Positions 29,432 through 43,927 of a stretch of DNA of 64,000 nucleotides are shown here, piece after piece. The number at the start of each line of letters is the position of its first letter. The first letter of the stretch is position 1. The position numbers and the translations under genes are program-made. This DNA is from Eledone cirrhosa (Eukaryota), in NCBI GenBank assembly GCA_964016885.1, contig OZ024742.1:2728001-2792000 (forward strand). Reading direction: 5' to 3'. Below the pieces are notes generated by a model that did not search any database, had not been told where the DNA came from, and saw only the letters and a list, made by a program, of their open reading frames with translations.

Positions 29432-32400
29432 GGCGACCTACGTAGGAAATCGTATTATCGTGAGCTCTGCAGTGGTTTGTTGTTTTCGTTTGTTTAAAAT
29501 TGCCATTTATGGAAAATTTTTGTTGTTAACTATTTACAAGATCACAAAATTTGCTTTAGGAAAAGGACACTCAAAAAGATTGGGGCCTTGAGCCCAAAGT
29601 TTAAACTTTTATAATTATCAAACAAAAAATTTCTTTGAAAAAGAATCATGGACGATTCACAGTCAAACCTTCCTCAGAAACTAACACCTCACACCAACAC
29701 CACCATTTTAAATATTACTACGTTTGCCAACCCTAAAAATATAAGCAGTAGACATAATTTAAATTTGTCTCATGCATATATTCATTTCCCGCCATTACCA
29801 ATGACTTCAGTTGTTGAAGCCGCCACCCCCACCACCACCACAGTGACAACAGAAACAAAAGAAAAAAATATATTATCTCGTGACATCGAAATGGATTCAC
29901 CCAGAATGGACTCTTCCACACCGAACACCACTGACACAACTGAAACTAAAAATAACAATAACAGAAATAACGATAACAACAACAGCAACAACAACGATGA
30001 GAATAAGAAAACCACCCTGTCTTTTGCCAGAGTAGCAAAAAGTGCGAAGCAATCCAGGTAACTCAGGAGGAATTAGATGAAGCCAAGAGAATGGTAAAGA
30101 AAGATGGGTACAGGGTCAGCCCCCCCCCTCTCCATTCACACACACCTAATAAAATGAACCATTGGCGCCTATGCACCGTGTTTTAGCGGACGATTAACAT
30201 AAAATCGCGCCGAGTGGAACGGGCATCCGAGTCCCAAATCCAAAAAGCTTTGGGACATGCGTGGGCAAAAAAAACCCACATCAGACGTGGGCAGAAATAT
30301 GGAACCGTGGACGTGTACTTTGGAATACCACAGGAGGCCAGAGAACACTCCAAGGCCCCATTAAGAAGTGACGACTTCACACTCGTCCCAAGCTATTGTG
30401 GCCAGAGACTCCTGAAGATCAGGGTGACCCACGTTCCACCGGACATCGAAATTCCCTGGCTAATGGCTGCCGTCCTTGCCGGCATCGAGGCCAACACCAA
30501 GATAATCTGGGATGGAGCTCCTGATCCAAGCGGACCAAATAAGCATTGAGGAGATCCCAAAGGTAATAGACTTCACTGACGGCAGCCACCTCACCGTAAT
30601 CGTCGAGGGCAGAAGGCCTAGGTGTGTCGTTTGTGGTGAAGGAACCAACCTAAGGGCTTTCTGCCCTCAGGCTAAAAGGTTGAGACCACCTCTCTTACCC
30701 ACCACAGTGACTCAACCATCAACACCACCAGCAGCAGAAATGGCAGCAACAACTGTAGCAGCAACAGAAGCAACTGTAACAGCAACAACCCCAGCAACAG
30801 TAGCAAAACTAACACCACCACCACCCAACGCGCCAGAACTAGCACCAGCGCCTACACCATCCACCACGCCACAACCAAAACCAACGCCTGTGGAGGATTT
30901 TCCACTCCCCGACCTATCGCAACTGGAGACAGATTGTGACAACGAGGAGTGGGAAACGGTATCAGGAAAAACGAAAACAAGAAAAAGAAACCCAAAAAGA
31001 AAAAAATCCTCTTTCTTCCCCCTCCAAAAACAAAATACAGAGGGAAACAAATAAACTATCAAACAAAAAAGTTAGGACAGCTATGCCACCATCCACACCA
31101 GCATCACCAACCCCATCACCATCATTAACCCCAACACCACCATCACCAACATCACAAAAGTCACCAAAAAGCGAAACAGAAACAAACCCACAACAAACGC
31201 AAACAAAACAAAACAACCAAATCGATACACCCTACACAACATTAAATTTGAACAACAACCAATTATTACACTACATCCAACACAACACCAGCATCACAGA
31301 AAAATACTACACAACAACCAAAAAGTTCACACCACCTCCACACATACAAATCACTCGCATCACACAGAAAACGTACACGACACTAAAACTAAAAATCCCC
31401 AAAGACATCGGAGACTTCCGACAAGCACTCTCCAGGAGGATTTATAAGGACATCCTTCCGGGGGAGGCCACAAGCAGTGAAAAGGATGGACAAACCATCC
31501 TTCTTCTACGAGAAGTAAGGTAAGTGGTCTTTCCCATCTTTTCCACTCCATTTCAACATGACCTCACTCAGAATAGGCAGCATAAATGCGCGTGGCTTGG
31601 GGTCGTCATGGAAGCAGGGCCACCTGCTCAACGACCTCAGGTCACTAAACATAGATGTAGTGGGCATCAGCGAGACCAGAATCTCCGAAGAACTGGCCTT
31701 GGCACCGATCTTCGGCGGCTACGATGTGTACGCATCTCCCAGCCGTCCTGGATCGGGGGGGGGGGGAGTTTCTGTGCTTTTTCGGAGAGGTTTGGATCTC
31801 GCCATACGGGCCATCTTCCTGGACTTAGAAGGTAAGTTGGTGGTGCTGGAGGTGACGAGCTGAGACGGGCAAGCTTTCAGGCTAGTGGCCGTCTATGCCC
31901 CGACAGGAGCAGGGCGGCCTGATTTCTTCCGGCGTCTGGAGACCTTTCTTGGAACGTCCCGCTCTTTAGTGTTAGTGGGCGACTGGAACAGGATATTAGA
32001 TGCACGCTGGGACTGTGTGGGATTAGCGGATAAGGGGTAGGGTGCAAGAGCCTCACCAACCTGCTCAGGCGTTTTGAACTGTATGACAGGTACCGATTGG
32101 ATTTCTCGAATGTGCCAATGTGGACTTGGACAAATCGCATAGGGTCATCCAGATCATATCTAGATATCTTGTAGGGAAATAGATAGGTCTAGCATAGGCT
32201 GTCCACAATTCAAGATAGTCAGCTACACGGACCACAAATTCGTGATCTGTGTGCTTGTCTTAGATAGGCTTCATAGACGAGGACCCTTCTACTGGAAGCT
32301 AAACGCGTCCTTACCAGCGCGCAAGGCCTACAGAGACCGTATTAGCGAACTAGTTAAGCGGGCGTTGACGGGGGCCATCGTCAACAACAAGTGGTGGTTT

Positions 32401-34828
32401 GCTCTGATAAGAGCGATTAGAATAGAGTCCATTAGGCTTTAGCAATAGAGAAAAATATAGCAGAGGGAGAACTAGTTAGAAAATTAGACGAGGCGCTTAG
32501 CAAAGGCATCGCGACCGACGTACTTGCGGCGAAATTGACCCTTGACAAATTCTTCAATGCAAAGCACGAAGGCTGCGTTGTCAGAGCTAGGGTGCGTGCT
32601 CTCAGACACGAGGGGACGAAAGCCGTTCAATGGGCCCGAGTGGCGGAGGCGCGTCGTGGCAACAAAGCCACGATCCGGTCTTTGGTGACGTCGACGGGCG
32701 CATGCTACTCGATCCCGGGCAAATGTGTGAAGCTTTTCAGCGACACTTCGCTCAGTTGTTCGGGGGCAGCGGCGGGTCGGATCGAGGGATGGACTTTAGT
32801 GTCTACCTCGACGGCCTGCCGCCGCTCTCGGCCACTGAGGCGGAGTGTTGCAAAAAGCCGATAACAGCCGCTGAAGTACGGGAGGAAATGACTGGCTGCA
32901 CAAGGGGTAAATCGCCTGGTTTGGATGGTCTGCCCTGTGAACTTTACGTACAGATGCCAGACTTGTTCGGAGGCCTCTTGGCGGACGTCTACTGCAACTG
33001 GCAACAGAACGGGAGAATTCCCAGCTCTGTGAGCCGAGGAGATGTGGGGCTGCTGAGAAAGAATCCGAACAATGGGGATAACATAATTTCAGGCCCATAA
33101 CTCTGTTAAACACAGAGTTCAAGATTTTGGCCAAGGTGCTAGCAAAGAGTTTGGCGCTTGTCGTTGGTGGTCTGGTGGGAGAGGCGCAGACATGCGCCAT
33201 TCCCGACAGATCCATCCACGACAACCTCCACTTCATGCGATACATCGTAGAGAGGGTAGCTAGGGAACCTGGCACGGGTGGGTCCTTGATCAATTTAGAT
33301 CAGTCGAAAGCTTTCGATAGGGTCGACCATCGTTACCTAGCGGCAGTCCTGAGGGCGGCTGGCTTTGGGCCCGTCTTCAGAGGCTGGATCGCTGCCATGC
33401 ACAGCGAGATCTGCTCTGTGGTGAGAGTGAACGGTCACCTTTCGGAACCGTTCAACATCATGCGCTCGGTCCTCCAAGGATGTCCCCTCTCGTCCCTCTT
33501 GTACGTATTGACTCTCGAGCCATTACTGCACAAACTGGAGACGTTGAGGGGGATCCCGCGCGAACTAGGATGCGGAAGATCCGTGTCAACATATGCGGAC
33601 GATGTCACCGTAGTGGTGTCGAACGCCAAACACATCGAGGTGATCGGCACTACACTAAGAGCATACGAAGCGGTGGCAGGAGCAATGATCAACCAGGAAA
33701 AGTCAGTGGGCCTGCAGCTCCGCACCTGGAGAGGCAGGTCCATGCCGTCCAACAAGCGTCGTCGGGCGCTGGACGGATGGACCGGTTATATTGCTAGGGG
33801 TCTGGTTCGGTCCGGACCTCCAGACGGACAAAAACTGGGCCGAGGTGACGAGCAGGGTGGCTTCTCTCACCGAGAAATGGGCGGAGATGAAGCTATCCCT
33901 GAAAGGTCGAGCGGAGGTGGCTAGCGCGTACATCGCGTCCGTGATCTACTACCGCCTGACCGTCATATCTTGCCTGACTGCGCTGTAGTATTTGCTCTTT
34001 CGCTTTTTGTGGAAGGGACGCGCTCCGATGGTCAGACGATCCATCTGCTGTCAACACCCATTGCGTGGAGGACTGGGCATGCCATGGCTGATGATGCTGA
34101 AACATGCGCTGAGGCTGCGATATCTCTGGTGTTTCCTTGATGGTGAACGAGTGTGGTCGCCGTTCGCCAGGCACGTTTTCCCACAGCTCGTCTCCTTGAC
34201 GGAGCTGCAGTCCTGGGTCAGAAAAAGACCGAGGGATAGCGCTTGGAAACTGGAATGTCTCCAGGCGCTCACTGCCCTCTCCCAGTTGGGCACCAGTATA
34301 GGTGGAACATCCAGCTCGGCGTTTTATAGAGAACTAGTGGAGGGGAAGAGCGACGGCATTCTCGGAGAGATCCTGGGGGTCGAAGATGATCAGCTGTTTG
34401 CTCTCTTCCGGAGAACTTTCAGCCCAGGGCCTATGGATAACTTCCAAAAATCCCTGGCCTGGCAGTGCTACCAGGGAGCGCTGCCGGTTCGAGATAAGCT
34501 CTACAGGCACGGAAGAGCCGTCAGCCGAGCCTGTCCGAGATGCGCGCAGAGCGACGAAACCGTTGTGCAGACACTCGTTCAGTGCCCGAGCATTGCTGAC
34601 TTGTGGAGCTATGTCGAACAGTTGCTGTCGCGTGTGGGACTGATCCGGTTGTCGACTGAGTTCATTGTGCAGATGGTCTCGCCGTCTTCCTTCGAGGAGG
34701 AAGGGCAGGCGGTTTTCATCCGCCTGGTGGCCATGGCGAAAGAGATTGTGTGGTGGACACGGTTAAAAGTGTTAAAGACAGACACTTTCCTCTTCGGCGA
34801 ATCCCTAATTAACTTTTTCAAGTTTCAC
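29432..34828 (+). mobile_element. Tx1/L1-like element C: 5' intact, 3' end deleted
   Basis: ORF1 29648-31523, ORF2 from 31558, both disrupted; abuts Dong element D without a tail. Confidence 0.92.
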
Positions 34829-37417
34829 ATGATCATCCAATCATGTGATTCCCTTAGATATGTAGATAATCCAATTGTTGCAGTTTTCAACGCAATGTCT
34901 AACTGGACTAATCCACGTCCTCCTTCTTTCCTAGGGAGATATATTCTATCTATATCTGCCTTAGGGTGATGAATTCTGTGCATGGTTAAGAATTTTCGAA
35001 TTTTTGTATAGAGCCTACGGATCTCTGTGCTTGACCAGTTGATGACATTGTAACTGTAGGTTACTACTGGTATGGCAAGCGTGTTTATGGCATCGATCCT
35101 ATTCCTTGCATTCAATTCTGTTCTTAAGATTGCTCTTACTCTGCGGTAACATTCCATCCTTATCCTTTCCCTCATTGTCGAGTGCTTGATTCCGTCTCCT
35201 TCACAAACACCTAGATATTTGTAAGTTTCCTCTTGATCAAGTTCTCTTATCACATTCCCCCGATCAAGATTAATGTCTGAACTTTTCAGCAGCTTTCCTC
35301 TGGTGAACGTTGCTTTGACGCATTTATCTAGTCCAAACTCCATTTTAATGTCATCACTGAACTGCTCCACAGTGGATAATAGCCCTTGCAATTGTTCATC
35401 ATGTTTTGCAAATAGTTTCAGGTCATCCATGTAGAACAAGTGATTAATGGTTTTGTCATAGACTTTATATCCATGTTTTGTTTCATTGAGCATTTTACTT
35501 AATGGTATAAGTGCGATGCAGAATAAAAGCAGTGATAAAGAGTCACCCTGAAAAATTCCACAATTAATATTTACTTCTCCAGCTTCCAGTGATTTTGTTC
35601 CACTATTCAAAAGGAGTGTCGTTTTCCATGTCATCATACTGAATGACAGGAACCTCCTGACAACGGAAGACATTTTGAAAATCTCTAAACATTTTTCAAT
35701 CCAACTGTGTGGCAAACTATCGAATGCTTTTTTATAATCTATCCAAGCAATTGATAGATTTTTGTGTCTATTATGACAATCCTCCAGTATCATTTTGTTA
35801 ACCAAAAGCTCATCCTTACAGCCATATGAGCCTCGTTTACACACTTTCTGCTCATTGGGAAATAGGTCATTTGTTATCAGGTGGTCATATGTATATTCAG
35901 TTAGGACTGATGTTAACATTTTTAACATTGTGGTCAAGCAAGTTATCGGTCTGTAATTTTTGGGATTGTTTGTCTCATCATTCTTCGGAAGCAGGAATGT
36001 AATGCCGTTAACTAGCCATGATGGTATCTTTTCTGGCTCCTTAACTATTTCATTGTAAATTTGGGCTAACAGCTCATGAGACTCTGTGAAGGCATTTATC
36101 CAAAAAAATGGTATTTTGTCTTTTCCTGGGGATTTCCATTTGCTGGTTTTTCTAAGAGCCAAACGCAACTGTTCAACTGTTATATTTTCCCATATTTGTT
36201 CCTCAAGGTGTGCTATATCTTTAATTTGTCTGTCTATCCATGGGGCATGCATGTTAGGAACTTTTTCTTCGGCCCAGATCTTTTCCCAGAATTCTTGCAC
36301 TTCCTCCTTCGGTGGTATTGATTTAGCAGTTATTGTTGACTTGCCAATTTTTCTGTAGATGTTTCTTTGGTTGTTTTTGAACATATTATTGTCCTTATAG
36401 AATCTAGATCGTTTTTCAAAGGGCCTGATACGAGCAGCTTTGGCCGACACTTTTTGCTTGATTAATTCTATCATGTCACTTGTTGATTTTATACTGTATT
36501 TTTCTTTCAATTTTCTAAGTTTAGTTTGTTTAAAATGTTCACTTACTTTGTAGTTTGTTAACATTTCTATGTCAGATCGGAGAAGGTTTATTTGGCGATT
36601 GATGTTCTCTTGCCAAGTAGATTTCTTATGGGATTTCCTTTGCTTTTTCATTTTCACTCCACATAAGTGAGTGGTGACTTTAGCCGATGCATAATAGAGA
36701 TGATTTAAATCAGTAATGTTTAATTTGTTTGTGATGATAATGTTTTTGAGAATTATGTTAGTCTTGTGTACTATCTTTTGGTTCTGTTTGGAGTTCTGGA
36801 TCTTAGGGAGGGTGTCTCGTTCCCCCATGTCAGATTCTTTCATTTTCATCCATTCGATCATAATTTCATCCTTCAAGTTGGCAAGTTCATTCTCATTCAT
36901 TTCTTTATCATTTACGATCTCATTGTTTTCATTTTGAGTTTCATCTTGAGCATGCACTCCCTCCACTTTTTCGATCCTTTCTTTAATTTGTTCTGTTGTC
37001 AGTTATTCCGCCCCAACCCTGGGATTCGAAGTGTTACAATTTACCTCGTTTTCACTGACACATGTTTCATTTTCCCTTCGCTGACTTTGTGCTAATAGCT
37101 TGATCTGATCAATTTCTATATCAGTTACTAACTTTTTTCTTACAATATTTCTTCGTATATTGGCTAGTTTGTTACTGTCAATATAGCCTCTGTTTTCGGG
37201 ATGTGTCTTTTTCCAGTTGATATATGTCTGTTCTGTATTCGATGTATTTGATGGGTAGTACATGGCAGTGTAGAAAGCCTCAAGGACTTCTTTATTGTCT
37301 TCCCTTGACCATTTATCTCTCTTTTTCTTTGGATTTCTTGGTGTTGAGCATGGAGGATCAACAGTAGGAGTATTCCGGTTATGGGAGGTCACCAGCTCCG
37401 AAGTGATAGGAAGTTGG
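34829..37417 (-). mobile_element. R4/Dong-like RLE retrotransposon D, truncated at both ends
   Basis: ORFs 37003-37417 and 34825-36966; NYRPITCL, GIFQGDSLS, FYMDDLK; near-identical to E. Confidence 0.9.
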
Positions 37418-37447
37418 ACGTTGTTATTATTATTAATATTATTATTA

Positions 37448-40400
37448 CAATTGCATTTATCTTGCTTTATGTTCATACGAGTTATCACCAAGTCACAACC
37501 AGTGACCCGAAGAGACAACAAGGTCCGCCATGTTCAAGAAAGAACATACATATTCACACATGCATCTTTAGTGTTTAGACTTGTGATGCACTTATATTGA
37601 CAGAATCTTCCTTAGTATATAGGCAGTTCCCATTAGTACTATCTTTTGTATTTCTCCTATACACGGGTTTCCTGGGATTTGCGATAAGTAATCATTAGAC
37701 CCCTTAGGTATCATTCCCAGAGCGCCCACAACCACTGGTATTGTTTTAGTTCTCAATTTCCACATTTTTCCAATTTCTATCTCCAGGTCTTTATACTTGC
37801 TCAATTTTTCAAATGTTTTTATAGATACATTCTTGTCTATTGGAACGGACATATCAATTAGCAGGCATACCCTCTTTTTAAAGTCCTTCAATATTATATC
37901 AGGTCTATTTGCATCTATTTTTAGGTCTGTTTGGATGCTAAAGTTCCACAAGATTGAGATGTGATCTTTTTCAAGTATGGGAGGTGGTTGATGCTCCCAC
38001 CAATTCTTTTGATGGGCCAGGTCAAAATGCTTACACATTATCCAATGTATGTATTGTGCAGCTCTGTCATGCCTGTTTAGGTATTCGGTTGGAGCTATAG
38101 GACTGCACATTGAAATTATATGGTCAATGGTCTCTGGTTGTTTTTTGCATACGCGGCATAATGGGCTGCATCCATTTTTTATTATGTTGGCTTGGTAATT
38201 TTTTGTTGGCAGACACTGATCTTGTGCTGATATAATCAGTCCTTCAGTCTCCGATTTCAGTCCAGAGGATGCCAACCACTGATGGGTTAAAGTTTTGTCA
38301 ACATCAGTATTGTTAGCTCGTTCTGGGTATTTTCCATACAGAGGCTTTTCTTGCCATTTCTTAGCCAGTTTCTGTAGCAGTTCTTTCTTTGCAGTTACTT
38401 TTACCTGCTTTGCTTTTTCTGTGTTTTCCATTTCAGCAGTAAATGGGACTTCTGAAATTTGTAGTCCATTACTGTATCTTTGTGCATCTTTTGTAATGGA
38501 ATATGATCTTTTGATGCTTTCGTGTTTCAAAACGAGTTTGATCATCCAATCATGTGATTCCCTTAGATATGTAGATAATCCAATTGTTGCAGTTTTCAAC
38601 GCAATGTCTAACTGGACTAATCCACGTCCTCCTTCTTTCCTAGGGAGATATATTCTATCTATATCTGCCTTAGGGTGATGAATTCTGTGCATGGTTAAGA
38701 ATTTTCGAATTTTTGTATCGAGCCTACGGATCTCTGTGCTTGACGAGTTGATGACATTGTAACTGTAGGTTACTACTGGTATGGCAAGCGTGTTTATGGC
38801 ATCGATCCTATTCCTTGCATTCAATTCCGTTCTTAAGATTGCTCTTACTCTGCGGTAACATTCCTTCCTTATCCTTTCCCTCATTGTCGAGTGCTTGATT
38901 CCGTCTCCTTCACAAACACCTAGATATTTGTAAGTTTTTTCTTGATCAAGTTCTCTTATCACGTTCCCCCGATCAAGATTAATGTCTGAACTCTTCAGCA
39001 GCTTTCCTCTGGTGAACGTTGCTTTGGCGCATTTATCTAGTCCAAACTCCATTGTAATGTCATCACTGAACTGCTTCACAGTGGATAATAGCCCTTGCAA
39101 TTGTTCATCATTTTGTGCAAATAGTTTCAGGTCATCCATGTAGAACAAGTGATTAATGGTTTTGTCATAGACTTTATATCCATGTTTTGTTTCATTGAGC
39201 ATTTTACTTAATGGTATAAGTGCGATGCAGAATAAAAGCGGTGATAAAGAGTCACCCTGAAAAATTCCACAATTAATATTAACTTCTCCAGCTTCCAGTG
39301 ATTTTGTTTCACTATTCAAAAGGAGTGTCGTTTTCTATGTCTTCATACTGAATGACAAAAACCTCCTGACAACGGGGGATATTTTGAAAATCTCTAAACA
39401 TTTTTCAATCCAACTGTGTGGCAAACTACCAAATGCTTTTTTATAATCTATCCAAGCAATCGATAGATTTTTGTGTCTATTATGACAATCTTCCAGTATC
39501 ATTTTGCTAACCAGAAGCTCATCCTTACAGCCATATGAGCCTCGTTTACACCCTTTCTGCTCAATGGGAAATAGGTCATTTGTTATCAGGTGGTCATATG
39601 TGTATTCAGTTAGGACTGATGTTAAAATTTTATACATTGTGGTCAAGCAAGTTATCGGTCTGTAATTTTTAGGATTGTCTGTCTCATCATTCTTCGGAAG
39701 CAGGAATGTAATGCCGTTAACTAGCCATGAAGGTATCTTTTCTGGCTCCTTAACTATTTCATTGTAATGTTGGGCTAACAGCTCATGACACTCTGTGAAG
39801 GCATTTATCCAAAAGTTTTGTATTTTGTCTTTTCCTGGGGATTTCCATTTGCTGGTTTTTCTTAGAACCAAGCGCAACTGTTCAATTGTTATATTTTCCC
39901 ATGTTTGTTCCTCAAGGTGAGCTGTATCTTTCATTTGTCTGTCTATCCATGGGGCATGTATGTTATGAACTTTTTCTTCGGCCCAGATCTTTTCCCAGAA
40001 TTCTTGCACTTCCTCCTTGGGTGGTATTGATTTAGCAGTTATTGTTGACTTACCAATTTTTCTGTAGAAGTTTCTTTGGTTGTTTTTGAACATATTATTG
40101 TCCTTATAGAATCTAGATCGTTTTTCAAAGCGCCTTATACGAGCAGCTTTGGCCGACACTTTTTGCTTGATTATTTCTATCAGCATGTCTATGTCACATG
40201 TTGATTTTATACTGTACTTTTTTTTCAATTTTCTAAGTTTTGTTTGTTTAACATGTTCACCTACTTTATAGTTTGTTAAAATTTCTATGTCAGATCGGAG
40301 AAGGTTTATTTGGCGATTGATGTTCTCTTGCCAAGTAGATTTCTTGTGGGAATTCCTTTGTTTTTTCATCTTCACTCCACATAAGTGAGTGGTGACTTTA

Positions 40401-41482
40401 GCCGATGCATAATAGAGATGATTTAAATCAGTAATGTTTAGTTTGTTTGTGATGATAATGTTTTTGAGAATTATGTTAGTCTTGTGTATTATCTTTTGGT
40501 TCTGTTTGGAGTTCTGGATCTTAGGGGGGGTGTCTCGTTGCCCCATGTCAGATTCTTTCATTTTCATCCATTCGATCATAATTTCATCCTTCAAGTTGGC
40601 AAGTTCATTCTCATTCATTTCTTTATCATTTACGATCTCATTATTTTCATTTGGAGTTTCATCCTGAGCATGCACTCCCTCCACTTTTTCGATCCTTTCT
40701 TTAATTTGTTCTGTTGCCAGTGATTCCGCCCCAACCCTGGGATTCGAAGTGTTACAGTTTACCTCGTTTTCACTGACACATGTTTCATTTTCCCTTCGCT
40801 GACTTTGTGCTAATAGCTTGATCTGATCAATTTCTATATCAGTTAGTAACTTTTTTCTTACAATATTTCTTCGTATATTGGCTAGTTTGTTACTGTCAAT
40901 ATAGCCTCTGTTTTCGGGATGTTTCTTTTTCCAGTTGATATATGTCTGTTCTGTATTCGATGTATTTGATGGGTAGTACATGGCAGTGTAGAAAGCCCCA
41001 AGGACTTCTTTATTATCTTCCCTTGACCATTTTTCTCTCTTTTTCTTTGGATTTCTTGGTGGTGAGCATGGAGGGCCAACAGTAGGAGTATTCCGGTTAT
41101 GGGAGGTCTCCAGCTCCGAAGTGATGGGAAGGTTTGAACCATTAGCTGATTTTTTTACCCCAGTCTGGTTCCTCTCTGAGGGACGCGGCCCTTTTTTACC
41201 CGGGTAACGGCCGATCCGGTATGAGATTTTATCATTAGACATTTACTTTATTTTGTCGCGTTTTATCCTTATCCGCCAAGGGGTAATCATTTCGTGTTAC
41301 CACTTCTAGAACGAGTGTCAACCAAGACTAGATGGGTCGTTCTCCCCTAGAGACACGGCTATTCCCCGCCGGCCGCCATCCCGGTATTTCTTGGTCACGG
41401 GGTTTTCTTTTTGTTGTTTTTTTAAATTGTTATTATCATGAGTGGTTCCTTAATGTGAGCATTGCGTGGCTTAAGAATGAAA
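37448..41482 (-). mobile_element. R4/Dong-like RLE retrotransposon E, full length
   Basis: Single ORF 41242-37592, ~240-nt 5' UTR, 3' UTR ending in (TAA)n. Confidence 0.92.
37592..41242 (-). pseudogene. RT + CCHC + restriction-like endonuclease ORF (~1216 codons), one premature TAG at 39335-39337
   Basis: YMDD; CRVC..ETIDHIISMC; RHD, RPDII, LIDMSVP, KLSKY; TGG at the same site in D. Confidence 0.9.
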
Positions 41483-41489
41483 TTATAAA

Positions 41490-41540
41490 TAATTGTCTCC
41501 ACTCCAGGCACAAGGCCAGCAATCACCCAGTGCATTACAA
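41490..41540 (-). mobile_element. SINE 3' tail fragment
   Basis: Reverse complement gcactgggtgattgctggccttgtgcc matches the SINE tails at ~17945-17970 and ~55385-55420. Confidence 0.55.
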
Positions 41541-41795
41541 TAATATAATATACTTTATTATTATTATTATTATTATTATTGAATGCCATGGTTGACGGAG
41601 GCTCGGCTCTGTAAGGTATAGTAATTTTTAACCGTTAAAACAATTGTAAATTGTTTAAAACTTGAACCAAATTGTTGATAAAGACACCCTCCTCCTCGTG
41701 AGAGGGGTCTTTCTGTCTGTTATTTGGCCCTTCGGGGTTAAATAACCATTTATTGGGGTTTTGTACCCAAAATTTCATTTTAAACAAAAAACAAC

Positions 41796-43892
41796 ATGGC
41801 TACGAAAAAGAAATTTCATACGTCACTCCCACTCATTCCGTCTTCTTCTTCCTCAATCATCACTACAGCAGAGAGAAGATTGTCTCTCTCCCTCCCTTCT
41901 TTAAATGTGTCTCTCTCCCTCCCTTCTCTTTCGCAAGTGACGAAAGAAAAGAAAAGTCTCGTGCAAAGCGTGCAAGGTTTCTCCACGACGACGACGACAG
42001 CGACGAAACAGGTGTGCGGGAAATACGAAAACCCAGTTCATTCGTCTGACGTCAGGAATAATAGCAGTAGCAGCCGTAATAACAACAGCAACAGTGACAA
42101 TGAAAACAACAGTAGCAGCCGCAACAGCATCACCAGCAGCATAAACAACAACAGCATTAGCAGCAGCAACACCAACAACAACCACAGCAACAGCGGCGGA
42201 GGCAGTAGTCGTAGTACCTGCAGCAACAACAAAAGTACCAGCAGCTCTGACGACAACAACAACAGCAGAGAAAAACCAATCTCATTTGCAGGTATTGCGA
42301 AAAACTTGGAAACAATCCTCATAACAAATGAGGAATTAGAGGAAGCGAAGAAGATGGTGACAAAGAACGGACACCGAGCAATCTGCAAGGCAGCGAAAAA
42401 TTTTTTCGAAACCCAAGAGCACTGTACGGTCACGTACCGTACAGTAAGTACAAAATCCCGTAGGGTGGAAAGAGCCACAGAGGCCCAAATACAAAAAGCC
42501 TTGGGGTCTGTGTGGCAGACGAAAACGCACATCACCCGAGGCAAAAAATACGCCACCGTAGACGTACTTTTTGCCACACCCCAGGAGGCAAAGGCCCAAT
42601 CAGTAGTGACCCTAAGGAGCGAGGAAATGGTGTTGGTGCCCTCCTACTGCGGGCAAAAAATTGTGAGGGTCAAACTGACCCACGTCCCCCCCGGAATGAC
42701 CCCTTCTTGGCTGACCGCGTCTGTCCTCGTCGGAATCGAGGACAAAACAACTGTACTGCAAGTACAGAAAAAAGTAAGAGAAGATTGGGTCGGCTCCTCC
42801 ATTGAGATGCTAATCCAAACCAACCAGGAGTGCATCGAAGCTATCCCGGATGTGATAGACTTCGATAACGGCACTCAACTGCCCATAAGTGTTGAGGGCA
42901 AACGCCCGAAATGCTTTCGCTGTGGATCGAAGACTCACCTCAGGGCCTTCTGCAACGAGAAGACCCTGAGAAAGGAGAAAACCCCCCTCCTTCCGAATCC
43001 GGCTCCACGGCTACCAGCAACAGGACAAGCGGCAACCAGGAACGATAGGTCCGTGGCACCCATACCCACTCCACGGAAATCAAAGACAGCAGCAGCAGTG
43101 GAAATATTAACAACAACAACAGCAATACCAAATGCAGCTGCAACAGAGACTCCAGTGCAAACATCACCAACAACAACAAGTGAAAGAGTGGAGCTGGTAC
43201 CCCTCCCCGACCTTACAGAATCAGACATGGAGTGTGAGGTGGGAGAGGGATGGCAAAAGGTCGCAAGAAGGCACAAACGCAGAAGCAGCGCATCGTCGCC
43301 TTTGAAAAGGGAGGAAAGAAATGAGAAAAGGGTAAAGTCTACTGCAAAGAGACCCACAGCAGCAACACCACCAACACCATCACCACCCACACCAGCACCA
43401 CCATCACCACCGGCGACAACCCCACCGCCAACAACACCTTCAACACCACCACCACAAGCACCAACATCGCAAACACAACAACAAAACACACACACCCAGC
43501 AACAACGACAAGAAAATAGCAGAACCACACCCCACCCCCAGAAAAACAAATGCACGGCAATAAACACACACAACAAGAAACTAATGACTTACATAATTGA
43601 ACACACAGACATTTCACAACAGGACTACATAATACCAGCACCAATCAAAACGCCAACTAACATAAGACTGCTAAAAATAGCACAGAAACAATACACAAAC
43701 ATTAAAACGAAATTCCCCAACGCAGTTGGTGATTTCAGGGACCTAGGAGGAACCATCAATCGAAGAGTATATTCAGACATTCTCTTAGAAGAGCCGACGA
43801 CCAGCCGAAGGGACGATTCAACGGTCCCTTCACCAGACGATCAAGTGAAAAGGGATGTAAAAACCATCCCTCCTCTACCAAAAGTACGGTAA
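41796..43892 (+). CDS. ORF1 protein (gag-like, CCHC knuckle, N/S-rich and P/T-rich tracts), 698 aa
   Basis: Open 698 codons; CFRCGSKTHLRAFC; homologous to ORF1 of A, B, C and H. Confidence 0.9.
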   Translation: MATKKKFHTSLPLIPSSSSSIITTAERRLSLSLPSLNVSLSLPSLSQVTKEKKSLVQSVQGFSTTTTTATKQVCGKYENPVHSSDVRNNSSSSRNNNSNSDNENNSSSRNSITSSINNNSISSSNTNNNHSNSGGGSSRSTCSNNKSTSSSDDNNNSREKPISFAGIAKNLETILITNEELEEAKKMVTKNGHRAICKAAKNFFETQEHCTVTYRTVSTKSRRVERATEAQIQKALGSVWQTKTHITRGKKYATVDVLFATPQEAKAQSVVTLRSEEMVLVPSYCGQKIVRVKLTHVPPGMTPSWLTASVLVGIEDKTTVLQVQKKVREDWVGSSIEMLIQTNQECIEAIPDVIDFDNGTQLPISVEGKRPKCFRCGSKTHLRAFCNEKTLRKEKTPLLPNPAPRLPATGQAATRNDRSVAPIPTPRKSKTAAAVEILTTTTAIPNAAATETPVQTSPTTTSERVELVPLPDLTESDMECEVGEGWQKVARRHKRRSSASSPLKREERNEKRVKSTAKRPTAATPPTPSPPTPAPPSPPATTPPPTTPSTPPPQAPTSQTQQQNTHTQQQRQENSRTTPHPQKNKCTAINTHNKKLMTYIIEHTDISQQDYIIPAPIKTPTNIRLLKIAQKQYTNIKTKFPNAVGDFRDLGGTINRRVYSDILLEEPTTSRRDDSTVPSPDDQVKRDVKTIPPLPKVR

Positions 43893-43927
43893 GTGGTCTT
43901 TCCCATCTTTTCCACTCTATTTTAAAC

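Noticed and set aside
42038-43644. Antisense ORFs over Tx1 ORF1 and ORF2
   Set aside because: By-products of A/C-skewed or GC-rich coding strands; no motifs
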